Assembly: GCF_006345805.1 (NCBI RefSeq) | Contig: NC_042997.1 | Span: 155,558,001-155,622,000 of the forward strand | Direction: 5' to 3' | DNA from: Octopus sinensis | Taxonomy: Eukaryota | DNA length: 64,000 nucleotides | Part shown: piece by piece, positions 35,903 through 50,069 of the stretch | Position numbering within the stretch: the stretch's first letter is position 1 | Layout of the letters: each line of letters starts with the position of its first letter | Made by a program: the position numbers and the translations under genes | Notes under the pieces: generated by a model | The model's input: the letters and a program-made list of their open reading frames with translations, nothing else | What the model was told of the DNA's origin: nothing | The model's database searches: none

Positions 35903-36820
35903 TTAGATAGAAGCTGCGTGGAAGCTTATTCTCAAGATAATTCTTGTTCTCAGGTAGTTGTAAACTTAATCCCTCACCTAGTTTAAAACCACCACCAGGT
36001 ATTTGATTGCTTTTAGACGGATTTGTAATTGTTAAGATTGATTAGGTACACAATATTATGAAATGTCAGTCAGCAGTTGTAACGATAAAAATTTGTTGTC
36101 ATAACGGCGTGTTGTGGGATATGAAAGATGAACAATGCATGAAGTTTTAAGAAAGTATTGATTTACTGTTACGTTGAAAAATACCTTACCTCGACGGGCA
36201 GGTTATTACATCTGAAAGCATGCGAAAGAAAGTTAGATGTGGTAGAATTTTTCTTTGCATAGTTTGCTTTCCTGATCATGATTCTAGCAGTTCTAATTGA
36301 GTCATCACGAGCCGCCTCGCTCCGTTGTCACCAGGTGACTACTTGGTTTTTGCTTGGGCGTTCTTGCTTTTATAACTATCCAAAAGGAAAGACATATCGT
36401 TGAGAACAATGGGCTTCATTGGTGGTACTGTGATATCTCTATTCTAGCTTTTGGTGAAGTAGAGGAGGTTATAAAAGTCAAGTGGTGAAGACATTATTTT
36501 ACCTAGCTAAAGGCAATCTGGCAAATGTAAAACTACTGTCGGAGAAAAACTATTGTTCCACCGTGAGAAAAGTTAAATTTAGCTAAGGTGAATAGAATCC
36601 ACTTCATGCCTGCAAGATCCTACAGATTCATTGTTGTTTCCATTTAGCATGTCTTGGTGTGCTCTTTCCTACTGCAGCTATTGATAACATATAGTTTCTT
36701 CTCTTTCTTTCCATATGTCTTCAAAGCCCAACGACAAAAGAAAGTCAAGGTTTCAAACTTCCTTTGTTCAACTGAGCCACAGAAAACAAATCATAGTCAA
36801 AATCATTTCCTTTACTTTAA

Positions 36821-37037
36821 CCCTTTTGCATTTAAACTGGCCATATCCAGTCCAAATATTTTACTTGTTTTATGTTCAAACCAGTCAAATCTGGCTTCGC
36901 ACCTACTCTACAATGTCATTCTATAAAAGAAACAATCACATCGAAATCATAGAGTTGCAAGATAATGCATGATTAATCCAAAACAATATGAATAAATAAA
37001 GATTGCATTTGATAGAGTTAATCTGAATGCTAAAGGA
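36821..37037. mobile_element. piggyBac-like MITE
   Basis: TTAA|CCCTTTTGCA...TGCTAAAGG termini; an inverted relative at 47061-47745 is interrupted by SINEs. Confidence 0.55.
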
Positions 37038-37502
37038 TAAAGTTTCCATAAACGACAAAAAAAATAATAAAAGAATAAAACATGGACTTCGCATTTCTAT
37101 CTTCTTGTCAATATTCTTGTGTAACAAGAAAAACATACATCGACGGGATTAAGCGAATGACTTTCAGTCTTAAAACTATTTTGCTACATTTTTTTTACTA
37201 TTTCATTTTGTTTTCTTTGTTCAATGCACACATAAACATATATGTTTGTAAATGTATAGAACGCATTGCTCAGGATATTGTTTCCGTGCTTCTTGCTAAA
37301 CAACTTCAAAGCACAGCTACAGTCACACAAAGTTTATGTGACGTAAATATTCTTTTGTTCTTTTGCTGGTTTCAGTCATTTGACAGCAATTACACTGCTT
37401 AGATGCTGCTTTCAAGGTGTTACGTAAGGTTATTTTTTTATATCAACCTCTGTCCATTAGTTTGTTCAGTCGTTATTTTATTGTTCAATATTTATCACAC
37501 AC

Positions 37503-38525
37503 AGGTGACGAGCTGGCAGGAACGTTAGCACGCCAGGTGAAATGCTTAGCGGTATTTCGTCTGCGTTACGTTGTGAGTTCAAATTCCGCCGAGGTCAACT
37601 TTGCCTTTCATCCTTTCGGGGTCGATAAATTAAGTACCAGTTACGCACTGGGGTCGATGTAATCGACTTAATACCTATGTCTGTCCTTGTTTGTCCCCTC
37701 TGTGTTTAGCCCCTTGTGGGTAATAAAGAAATAGGTATTTCGTTTGTCGCTACGTTCTGAGTTCAAATTCCGCCGAAGTCGACTTTGCCTTTCATCCTTT
37801 CAGGGTCGATTAAATAAGTACCAGTTACGCACTGGGTCGATATAATCGACTTAATCCGTTTGTCTGTCCTTGTTTGTCCTCTCTGTGTTTAGCCCCTTGT
37901 GGGTAGTAAAGAAATAGGTATTTCGTCTATCTTTATGTTCTGAGTTCAAATTCCGCCGAGGCTGACTTTGCCTTTCATCCTTTCGGGTTCGATAAATTAA
38001 GTACCAGTTGTGTATGGGGGTTGATCTAATCGACTGGCCCCCTCCCAAAAATTTCTGGCCTTCTTCCTAGAGTAGAAAAGAAAATTTATTACACACAGGC
38101 AGCGAGCTGGTAGAAACGTTAGCACGCCAGGCAAAATGCTTAGCGTTATTTTGTCTGCCACTATGTTGTGAGTTCAAATTCTGTCGAGGTCGACTTTGCC
38201 TTTCATCCTTTCGGGGTTGATTAAATAAGTACCAGTTACGCACCGGGGTCGATATAATCGAATTAATCCATTTGTCTGGCCTTGTTTGTCCCCTCTGTGT
38301 GTAGCCCCTTGTGGACTGTAAAGAAATAAGAAACGTTAGCACACCGGGCGAAATGCTTAGTGATATTTCGTCTGTCTTTACGTTCTGAGTTCAAATTCCA
38401 CCGAGGTCGACTTTGCCTTTCATCCTTCTGGCGTCGATAAATTGAGTACCAATTGCCTACTGGGTTCGGTCTAATTGACTGGCACCCTCCCCAAAAATTT
38501 CAGGCCGAGTGCCTAGAGTAGAAAA
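37503..38525 (+). mobile_element. SINE family A cluster/multimers
   Basis: About 5 tandem core units in two adjacent elements. Confidence 0.85.
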
Positions 38526-40300
38526 GAATATTTATCACACACACACACAAACAAAGATAGAATTGGGTATGGGACCATGTGGATGCCGAGCAAACATGTC
38601 AACAGCACAATCATGACTGCTCTCATATCATCATCCTTTAACGTCTATCTTCCATGCTGCCATGGGTTGAATAGTTTGACAGGAGCCAGCCAGGTACAAG
38701 ACCACACCAGGCTACTGTGTCTGTTTGGCATGGTCACATATATAAATATAAAAATCAAAATTAAATTAAGCATAAATGATCGAAATATTAACATATATAT
38801 TAAATAAATAGAATTTACAGAAAGTTAGATCAGGAGGGTGTCATAATATCTAAACTGCCTTTTGTTTTAACCAAATGCCTTCATTATTGCTTCATATTAT
38901 ACCATCAAGTTATACCATCAACCTGTCATTCACATCATGTAGACATAAAAAGTTGGCTGATCAACCCTGATAAAGGAAAATGTATTCAGTTGACAGCTGA
39001 GTCCATCCTACTTATTGTAAAGTCTGTTTGACATAAGCACAAAGGCAAGTGAACCACAAGCATTAGATTGGGTCAGAACATGAGTGTAGATATAACATGT
39101 ATCTGGCTTAAGTTTCAATCACTTTTGTGTAAACTTATAAAGCTATTCTTACTTTTTACACTTTTTTTTGTAACAAGCAGGTGTAGCTATTTTGTAACCT
39201 GGGCATAGTCAGCTGTAATAATTATAAATTAATTTGCTTGTCTACACACAATGAAGACCTAGAGCAACAAAATAGAATGTGTATATAAAAGACATAAATG
39301 AAAATATATTTCTTAATCACTCTTTGTCATTACTTTTTAAGACAGCACCTTAATTTGCTTAATTTACAATAACATCATCATCATCATCATCATCATCGTT
39401 TAGCGTCCGTTTTCCATGCTAGCATCTTATAAATAATTATGTTAAAAGAAATTGTCTTTCAGAAGTAATATTAAAACTGTAAAATCCTTGAATCCCCTTC
39501 TTGCATATACATCACGCTGCCTTGATTAAAAAAATCTTGAATTATTATTAAATCCTTGTTACGATAGTACACTATGTCATAAAAATCAACATTTTTTAAT
39601 GATATATGATACCTTGTATCAATTTTATCTGGTATTTCTGAGTATACTGAAATTGTATTATCAAGAATATGTCAATACTACATCCTCAACAGTTAAAGCC
39701 AAGGTTTTAACACTTAATTTGATATACTAATTTAAGGAAGTAAACATGCTTCACTGAATGTATAATATTCACACATGAATGAGGAAGCAATGAAAAAAGG
39801 ATTTATTATAAGCAAATGAAACACTGAAATTCCACAGACATTTTTAATACAGTCACTTTTTTTTCCCCTTCTTCCCCAAAAAGAAAACTATGTCCCCAGC
39901 TTTTGAGAATATTTAAGCAAAAGAGCAAGCAATACATGTCAGTATGTGTGGGTATGAATTTGTGTATGTGTGTGCACGTTCGCGCGTGTGTGTGTGTAGC
40001 ATTGTTAATAGATGTGTTGTTTGTCCTTTGGTTTTGAATATGACCAATACACCAACTTGTATACTCATATGTACTGAAACAACAGAATGCAGCCATAAGA
40101 CAACTGGAGTTTCACAACTACCACTACTACTACTTATACTCTACATCTGTGGTATGAAACAATGGCAGTGATATTCAAATTATCACAATGAAAGGCCTTC
40201 CATCTCTCTGTAGTCTGAAGAAGTTAGTCCTGATATACTCTAAACTTGGATTCAATCTCTCTTTCACACACACACATGCGCACACACGTAAGCAACGCAT

Positions 40301-40633
<333 letters not shown>

Positions 40634-40652
40634 GGATGGTATATAAAATGTA

Positions 40653-41954
40653 TGAGATGTATTCCAGAAGTTCTTAGATTTTTTTAGGAGAAGCAGTTAT
40701 AATTAACCTAGATTATTGTAATTTTAGTATATCATTACTATACAGCTAATAAGCTAATCTGCCAACTTTTATTGTTTCATACTGAAGGAGCCAGCTGCAA
40801 CAGCACTTTGAACAAATCCTGTTAAACACTGCTTGTCACAGCTGACTAGTTTACAGAATGCGCTCAGGACATTGAACACAATTTAGATGCTCACTGTGCA
40901 ATAAAGCTTTGTGTTAAACTAGGCTAAAACACTACAGAAACTTATGAAGTACTCCAGACTGCTTAAGGATGAACTTTTTAACTGGCATAAGAGGTTCAAG
41001 GATGGTGCAGAGCAGGTGAGAGATGATGAGTGGGGTGTAAGGAAGAGAGATGTCAGATCATTGGAGCTGATAAAGAAAAATTCACAATTTTCTCAATGAA
41101 GATCGTTAAATGTCTATAAAGACAAAATGCCAAGTTTAGAAGAGTTTGGGTGGCAACAGTACACAGAATTGTTTGTGAAAGGTGGCAAGCTGGCAGAAAC
41201 GTTAGCACACCGAGCGAAATGCTTAGCGGTATTTCATCTGCCGTTACATTCTGAGTTCAAATCCGCCTAGGTTGACTTTGCCTTTCATACTTTCGGAGTC
41301 AATTAAATAAGTACCAGTTATGCACTGGAGTCGATATAATCGACTTAATCCGTTTGTCTATCCTTGTTTGTCTTCTCTGTGTTTAGCCTCTTGTGGGTAG
41401 TAAAGAAATAGGTATTTCGTTTGTCTTTACGTTCTGAGTTCAAATTGCGCCGAGGTCGACTTTGTCTTTCATCCTTTCGGGTTCGATAAATTAAGTACCA
41501 GTTACACACTGGGGTCGATGTAATCAACTTAATCCCATTGTCTGTCCTTGTTTGTCCCCTCTATGTTTAGCCCCTTGTGGGTAATAAACAAATAAGAATT
41601 TCTTGTGAAAATCGGAACATGTGCAGAATGTGTGCTTCGTGACAAGCATCCTGGTAACCAACTACTTGACAGAGATAGACATCAAAATTGTCCCTCACCT
41701 TCCCCACAGTCCAGATCTTGGTCCCTCTGATTTTTAGTCATTCTCCAAGCTAAAAGCGAACATCAGTGGAAGCTGTTTTGAAGATGAAATAGGTTATGAC
41801 AAAAGTCATGGACACCTGCACTGTGGAGGACTTTCATGGGGCTTTCCACCGAAATCAGAGGATCTTACTTTGAATGAGACTTGAGTTTTGTACTTTTTTT
41901 AAATTAATAAATGTCTCTCCTGGAAAAGTTTCAAAATTTCTGAAATGCATCTTG
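40653..41954 (+). mobile_element. Degenerate mariner with nested SINE multimer (41180-41598)
   Basis: TA-flanked imperfect TIRs; AIKLCVKLG..TETYEVL..WHKRFKDG N-terminus and PHLPHSPDLGPSDF motif. Confidence 0.75.
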
Positions 41955-41964
41955 TATATGTGTA

Positions 41965-41974
<10 letters not shown>

Positions 41975-41996
<22 letters not shown>

Positions 41997-42055
41997 CGGA
42001 AATATATATACATATATGCATACATACATGCATACATTATATATAGATATATATA

Positions 42056-42150
<95 letters not shown>
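41975..42150. repeat. (TA)n microsatellite
   Basis: Direct reading. Confidence 0.9.
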
Positions 42151-42151
<1 letters not shown>

Positions 42152-42315
42152 AGTAGTTGAATGAATTATCTTATTATGGATAATTCGGTTAACCGATACC
42201 TGGGTAGCAAATTCACGTCAGAAAAACACGGTTGAAGCTACATGCCAAGGGTAGAGATCACGTGCTTTCGTGTGGAAAGAGATCACGAGCTTTCATCGTT
42301 CAACTCCATTCTTTC

Positions 42316-42367
<52 letters not shown>

Positions 42368-42389
42368 ATATTATATATAAGTGTGTGTG

Positions 42390-42525
42390 AAGGCGCATAG
42401 CTCAGTGGTTAGAGCGTCGAGCTTACGATCGTGAGGTTGTGAGCTCGAATTCTGGACAGGGCTGCGTGTTGTGTTCTTGAGCAAGACACTTTATTTCACA
42501 TTGCTCCAGTTCACTCAGCTGTAGA
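42390..42525 (+). mobile_element. Truncated SINE family C
   Basis: GGCGCATAGCTCAGTGGTTAGAGCG head and GTTCTTGAGCAAGACAC body. Confidence 0.75.
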
Positions 42526-43255
42526 AATGTATATATATATATAAATGTAGATTTGGTTTCAAATCTTAGCTTACCTATACTGTAGGTGTTCATTACATAC
42601 ACACATACCTACATTCATACATACATACATACTTACATGTGTGTGTGTGTGTGTGTGTGTTTGTGTGTATGTATGTGTGTATGTATGTATGTATGTACGT
42701 ACATATGTATGAATGAATGTATGTATGTGTGTATGTAATGAACACCTACAGAATACCTAGGCTAGGATTTGAAACCAAATCTACATCTTTATCCATTGTC
42801 AAACACATCCTCAGTCTACTGTCTTAATTTTATTGCACTGAGAGATTAATGAGAAAAGGTTAACCTCTTGATCTTTCTCAGGGCATTCTTTGGTCACTTC
42901 TGATTAAGGAAAGAACCCCATTGTTTTTAGCTCTATCTACTTAGCAATTTATAAAAACACAATCAAATAAGTTATCTTCTTTCTTCTCTTCGGCCAATTG
43001 TCTCTGGACAAACAGCAACCCTGTCAGTTTGGTGATCAATGCATATGAAGGTAGACCTCTTAATGTATCATTCTGCCTTGATTGTTTTACACTGTCTTTC
43101 TTTATAGCAGTGCATTGATGATGGTAGCTCTTGCACACAATGACCATGGAGCCAGAGACAAATATTCTACGGCAACTACAAACAAGTTGTATACACAAGT
43201 TGTATATTGTAATGACTAATATCACAATGAATTTTATATAAGTATATATATATAA

Positions 43256-43356
<101 letters not shown>

Positions 43357-43866
43357 ATGTGTGTTGGTGCGTGTGTGCATGTGTGCGTATACATATATGG
43401 TAAGATGTTTAAAAACAGTTTTCATTGCAATGAAAATGTATGAGTCTGTACATAGGATGGGAGGGAGGAACAAAAAGAGTCATAATATAAAAAAAAAGTC
43501 TAGTCAAGAGAGAATGAGAAAGTAATTGGTATATAAGAAAGAAAAAAGAAAACGAATGATGGTTGAGAAGGAAGCGGAGATAAATTTGATATACTGTATC
43601 AAGGAATATATAAATAGAAGAGGAATTACCCTAACGGAATGTGTCATTATACAGTAACACTGTTATACAAACACATGTGAAGCCGTCAGTAGGAAAACCG
43701 ACAAGAAGAAACAGTAGGAGGGAGGGCGTGTTATATCAGCATAAAATTTGATGACATCTTATCTGTCAATAAATTAAAACACAGAACTTCTCATTTCCAA
43801 AATTTTTTTTCCTTGTTGATACATTTCCAGTCGCCCACTATTTTTCTCTTGCTATTTATTAACTTG

Positions 43867-43867
43867 C

Positions 43868-43927
<60 letters not shown>

Positions 43928-43931
43928 GATG

Positions 43932-44010
<79 letters not shown>

Positions 44011-44101
44011 CGACGACAACGACGATGACGATGACAGCGACGACGGCAACGACGATGACGATGATGACGATGATGATGACGATGATGAGGATGACGACGA
44101 C

Positions 44102-44136
<35 letters not shown>

Positions 44137-44150
44137 GGATGATGATGATA
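43867..44150. repeat. Compound trinucleotide repeat (AAT/GAT/AAC/GAC)n
   Basis: Direct reading. Confidence 0.95.
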
Positions 44151-44151
44151 A

Positions 44152-44265
44152 GCTTATGATATGATTCCACATTCATGGATCATCGAGTGCTTAGATCTTA
44201 GTAGACATGATACCAATAGTAATCGGTGCACTTGGAAGTATCACCACTCAACTACCAACATGGCA
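44152..44265 (+). mobile_element. Internally deleted R4/Dong- or NeSL-like (RLE-type) LINE relic
   Basis: AYDMIPHSWIIECL (RT motif) directly joined to MIPIVIGALG (C-terminal RLE region). Confidence 0.4.
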
Positions 44266-45164
44266 ACATGGCTGAAAAAGATCATGACTTCTGATTTTAA
44301 CTGATCGAAAGTGTTATCATGTACATGTTTTGTCTTGGTATAAAAGATGGGGCTACAGTAAATATTGTGCTCAATACCACAGATTTGCTTGTCAGTTGTT
44401 TGACCTTAACCAATTGAGCATGTCTTTTGGTGGCTGACAATATGTGCATCTCTGATCGCAAGCAGAAGTATTGGGGGAGCATCATAGCCATGTGTTGAGA
44501 GGAAGTTTTGGGGGTTTGAATAATTCCCCTCTGAAAACATGGGTATTTCATTCAACATCCTTAAGCAAACCTTATTCAAGGACCTTTTCACTAGGATAGA
44601 CTATTTAACCTGAAAAAAATTGTAACTGGGTCCCACCTGCAAGGTCAGGTGCTGTTTATCTTGATATGAGATCAGCATGTCATGCACATATAGTTGTGAT
44701 GCATGTGCCTGGTGCACCCTCATCAGACAGTTAGTCATGATGGGTATACTGGGCTTCACATATCTTACCCCAGTGTCACTTTGATGGCATGCACTGCTCT
44801 CTCACTCAATAATAATAATAATAATAATAATGATAATAATAATAATCATAATAATAATAATAATGGTTTCAAATTTTGCCACAAGAGTAGCAATTTTGGG
44901 GGAAGGGATGTGTGAATTACATCGACCCCAGTGTTCAATTGGTACTTAATTTAACAACCCCGAAAGGATGAAAGGCAAAGTTGACCGCAGCAGAATTTGA
45001 ACTCAGAACTTAAAGATAGATGAAATACCGCTAAGCATTTGGCCTGGGGTGCTAACGATTCTGCCAGCTCACTGTCAATAATAATGATAATGATGATGAT
45101 GATGAGTATGTTGGGCTCCATATATTTGTACCCCAGCATCACTTTGATGACATGGGCAGCTTTC

Positions 45165-45218
45165 TCAATAATAATAATAATAGTAGTAGTAATAATAATG
45201 ATAATAATAATAATAATA

Positions 45219-45260
<42 letters not shown>

Positions 45261-45312
45261 CAACAACTTGGAGCCAACTTGTACAAATGCAAAGCAAAAG
45301 TCAAACATAAAA

Positions 45313-45343
<31 letters not shown>

Positions 45344-45388
45344 AAGAAGAAGAAGAAGAAGAAGAAGAAGAAGAAGAAGAAGAAGAAG

Positions 45389-45435
<47 letters not shown>
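45165..45435. repeat. (AAT)n, (AAC)n and (AAG)n tracts
   Basis: Direct reading. Confidence 0.9.
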
Positions 45436-45436
<1 letters not shown>

Positions 45437-45736
45437 CCTTTCTAATATAGGCACAAAGCCTGAAATTTGTGTTGGCGGGGACTAGTTGATTACATCGGCT
45501 CCAGTGTTTCACTGATACTTTATTTGTTGACCCCGAAAGGATGAAAGGCAAGGGTGACCTCGGCAGAATTTGAACTCAGAACATAGCAACGGGCAAAATA
45601 CCACTAACCATTTCGTCCACCATGCTAACAATTCTACCAGCTCACCACCAGTAATGATGATGATGATGATGATGAGTATGTTGGGCTTTGTATATTTGTA
45701 CCCCAGCTTCACTTTGATGATGTGGATTGCTCTCTC

Positions 45737-45768
<32 letters not shown>

Positions 45769-45788
45769 TAATAATGATAACAATGATG

Positions 45789-45869
<81 letters not shown>

Positions 45870-46599
45870 GTGATAATAATAACAATAACAATAATAATAT
45901 AACAACACATTGGTATTTTGTGGAAGGGTGGTATCTACTGGTGACAGGATCCGGGTGGTGATGTTATTTTGCACGAGAGGAAGTAACTACAAATCCAGTT
46001 AGTAACTGGTGAGCTTTGACTTGTATGCCTTTGTCAAATGAGCTAGAAAGGTGAAATTGGGTGTATCACACAACAACAGAAATATTAGCTAAGATTGTTA
46101 GCTGAGTTCATGAGTCACATAGAAAATCAATGGTTTTGGGTTAACACCCAACGTGAGGTTTTTCAGCAGTGTAAATCATTTTCTTATATTTCCTCTAATA
46201 GGTATTACATGAAATTTTTTTTTACACAAATAGTTGTAAATAAGATTTAATAGTTTATCACTAGGTTCACATGTGATATGTGCATGTTATATATCTTTTT
46301 TTAGAGTTATTAGTCACTGATAGAGGCACAGCAAGAGGCGGGTACGATGGTGTGTGATGGTAGAGAGGAAGCAGTCAAACAGTTGATACTCAGGTTGAAC
46401 TTCTGTAGTAAAGTATGATGGCATTGGCAGGGAAAGAAATCCAGAAAAATTTTGAGGAAATACTGTGTAGGTGTTTACTACAAGGTTTTTAGAAAGGAAG
46501 GAAGCAACAACAAGGAAGTGTGATGGGTGGAATCACTAACTAGTTTAGAGTAGCAAAGGCAGCTGAAGTTATTATAAAAGAGACAGGGTAGAGGAGTAT

Positions 46600-46912
46600 G
46601 ATCTGTGGATGTTGAGTCTCATAGAGGCAATGACAAGCGACCGAGATGTTTGGCAATTTGCTGTGCTTGAGAAGACACATCAAGCTAAATAAAATTGTAG
46701 TGACGGCCAGTGACAGTGACAAATAAAAGGTATCCATGCCAGTGTCATGTACACTCTGTAGAGTGATTGGCATTAGAAAGGGCATCCAATCATAGAAACT
46801 GAGCCAAATCAGACTGGAGTCTGGTACAGCTCTCCAGCTTACTAGCCCCAGTCAAACCATCTTACCCATGCTAGCATGGGAAACAGATGCTAAATGATGG
46901 TAATGATGATGA
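46600..46912 (+). mobile_element. Old 3' fragment of the RTE family
   Basis: DLWMLSLIEAMTSDRDVWQFAVLEKTHQAK* matches the ORF end at 55447; same CCCATGCTAGCATGG...(GAT)n tail. Confidence 0.7.
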
Positions 46913-47122
46913 AACAGAGAGAACAAACAGTACATCTAGAGTCTTTGGTCAATAAAATTTTGCCAAAAGCTTTCTTTAGGATGCAGTCAGGAACATTTGT
47001 TGGGATAGCATCAGTGACACCTGGATGGATGAATAGTATCACCAGGTAGGACATACTTAACCCTTTAGCACTCAGATTATTCTGTCAAATGTAATCCTTA
47101 TTCATTCACATTATTTTGAGTT

Positions 47123-47595
47123 AGATGGCAAGCTGGCAGAATCGTTAGCATGCCAGATGAAATGCTTAGTGGTATTTCTTCTACATCTACTGCTATAAGG
47201 CGGTGAGCTGGCAGAAACGTTAGCACGCTGAGCAAAATGCTTAGCAGTATTTCATCTGTCATTACGTTCTGAGTTCAAATTCCGCCAAGGTCAACTCTGC
47301 CTTTCGTCCTTTCTGAGTCAATAAATTAAGTACCAGTTACACACTGGGGTCGATGTAATTGACTTAATCCCTATGTCTGTCCTTGTTTGTTCCCTCTATG
47401 TTTAGCCCGTTGTGGGCAATAAAGAAATAGGTATTTCATCTACTGCTACATTCTGAGTTCAAATCCCACCAAGGTCGACTTTGCCTTTCATCCTTTCAGG
47501 GTTGATGAAATAAGTACCAGTTAAGTGCTGGGGTTGATGTAATCAACTAGCCCCCTTCCCCCAAAATTTTCAAGGCTTTGTGCCTGGAGTAGAAA
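47123..47595 (+). mobile_element. SINE family A cluster inside a piggyBac-like MITE
   Basis: Core motif matches. Confidence 0.8.
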
Positions 47596-47923
47596 TAATT
47601 ATTTTGAGTTAATCATGCATTGTTTTGTAGCTTCAAGATGTCGATGAGCTGATTATTTATTTTTAGAATGATTTAGTAGGGTTGGCATGAGAGGTTGCAT
47701 CTGGCTACTTTGAACATAAAAAAATGCAGAATATTTTGGCTAAATATCATCATCATCTGAACGAGCTTGCTTGGAAATTTTCAACCTGCACACATCATCC
47801 ATCTTAGTCTTGCATTAGTTGAGAGAGGTCTTCAGGAGGTATCGAGTGTTTCTGGCAAATTGATCATTGTGTTCAATCAACCTGCTCAAATATGGCCACA
47901 CTTTGACATCCATTGCATATGTA

Positions 47924-47961
<38 letters not shown>

Positions 47962-48039
47962 TGTGTGTGTGTGTGTGTGTATGCATGTATGCAAGTATAT
48001 AAATATATATATATACACACACACACATATATGTTTCTC

Positions 48040-48397
48040 TGTATCATTGCTATCCGGTAGCCCCAACACTCTATATACCCAGGCTTTCAACACACACTTC
48101 CCTTCTTCACTCTCTAATCACGCTTCTTTTGCAATATCTTGCCTCTTATATAATGACCTTTGAACCATAAGGGTATTCCCTGGCACTTGCCACCATCTAT
48201 ATCTCCCTCTGACTTTACTTGACCATCTCATTTATATTATGATTGCCATCTCTTGTGAGTATGCCCAGCTCTTTGCCCCATCTTTATCCTGGTGTCTTCC
48301 ACTCTCTCTCTCTCTCTCTCCTCCTCCTGCACTTCCCTGAGGTTGGGTAGCCATGTATTCCCTTGGCAGCAGCACACCTGTTCCTGTCCTTATTCCT

Positions 48398-48475
<78 letters not shown>

Positions 48476-48923
48476 CCGGCCGGAAAACCTTGTACCTCCT
48501 CTACAGCAAGACACCTGTTTCTGTCTCTCTGTCTCACAATAACCTTTCATCATCTGACACAAGATCACCTCCTCCAATGCCGCCTCCCCTCTCAAAAGAC
48601 TTTTGGCTTGCAAGTTACTTGGTGATTCTGTCAGTGCAGGTGCCACTTAAAAAGCATCAAGTCTACACTGTAGAGTAGTTGGCATTTGGAAGGGCATCCA
48701 TTTGTAAAAACTTTGCCAAAACTAACTAACCTCGCCTGTGCTTGTGTCACGTAAAAAGCACTAAGACCTCTCTGCTGAGTGGTCAGTATTAGGAAGGGCA
48801 TCCAGCTGTAAAAATCCTGCCAAAACAGCCACAGAAGTCCAGTCCAGGCTTCTGCCTGGTCAGCTCCTGCCAAACCGTCCCACCCATGCCAGCATGGAAG
48901 GCTGACATTAAAAGATGATGATG

Positions 48924-48925
<2 letters not shown>
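48040..48925 (+). mobile_element. Non-autonomous element with RTE-type tail (paralog at 62697-63490)
   Basis: Pyrimidine-rich body, two AGGAAGGGCATCCAGCTGTAAAA-type motifs, and a CCCATGCCAGCATGG..(GAT)n end. Confidence 0.7.
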
Positions 48926-48968
<43 letters not shown>

Positions 48969-49004
48969 ATATATATATTATATTATATATATAATATATA
49001 TATC

Positions 49005-49160
49005 ATCATCATCATCGTTTAACATCCAATTTGACTGAGGACTGGCGAACCAGATGGCTGCACCAGGCTCCAATCTGATCTGGCAGAGTTTCTACAGCTG
49101 GATGCCCTTCCTAACGCCAACCACTCCAAGAGTGTAGTGGGTGCTTTTACGTGCCACCTT
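49005..49160 (-). mobile_element. 3' tail fragment shared with the RTE LINE
   Basis: Near-identical to 53030-53210. Confidence 0.75.
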
Positions 49161-50069
49161 TACAAAATTTTGGCTTCAGAATTAATTGGTCACACATTCA
49201 GTCACACTGCATATCACCTGGATTCTCCCTCTATGGCCTCAGGCTGATCAAAGTTTTGTGAATGAATAAGGTAGATGGAAACAGAATGTGGCTGGTCTTA
49301 TATATAAATGTGTGTGTGTGTGTGTGTGCATGCATGTGTGCATGCATGTGTGCACGTGTGTGTGTATGTGTGCAAGTCCGTGTGTCTGTGTGTATGTCTT
49401 TGTCTGTGTGTGTGTGTGTTTGTGTCTCCTTGTTTTGACATCACATTCTAGGGCCTCCGTCGGTCATCGCTGATCATGGATGATGTCATCCATCCATTGA
49501 GTTGTCTATTCAATTTTTGCAATGCCTCCTGTGGCAGTAGAGACCAATGCGAGAGTGGCAGTCTTGTTTGCAGAGGTCACACCTATACGTTGAATCCAGT
49601 CTGTTGGCTGTCATTTTTTTTCAGTGGGCTCAGTTTTCAGCTGCCGCCACCCTCAGATTCTCAGACTTGTGCCTCAGATGGTAACTCTGTAGGTGCAATC
49701 CCATGGTCATTCATGACTGAAGGAGCTCTTTTACTGGTTATGTAATGATAAGAAGTCCTACCCAGGACTTTTAGATAAATGGAGATGTAATGTTAACTTA
49801 ATATCATGCGTGAACTGTAGTTATAAGCCACATATTTTTCTCTGTGTATGTGAACAGAACAAAAGAGATCTGCTTCACCGGTTTTTTTTTTTTTTTACCT
49901 TTTCATTCAAGGTCGATTATTCATTTTATAATATAATGAAATTATTGTATACAGTGCTCAGGTGCACCACAACTTGTCAGAAAGTGCATATAAGGTACAT
50001 GCAGTAATGTAGAAATGTCTGGAAAGTGAACAATGTATGAGTCAGATACATGCTTGTGTGTGTATGGAG

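Noticed and set aside
43852-45974. Poly-Ile/Leu/Ser/Asn/Arg ORFs
   Set aside because: Trinucleotide microsatellite translations.
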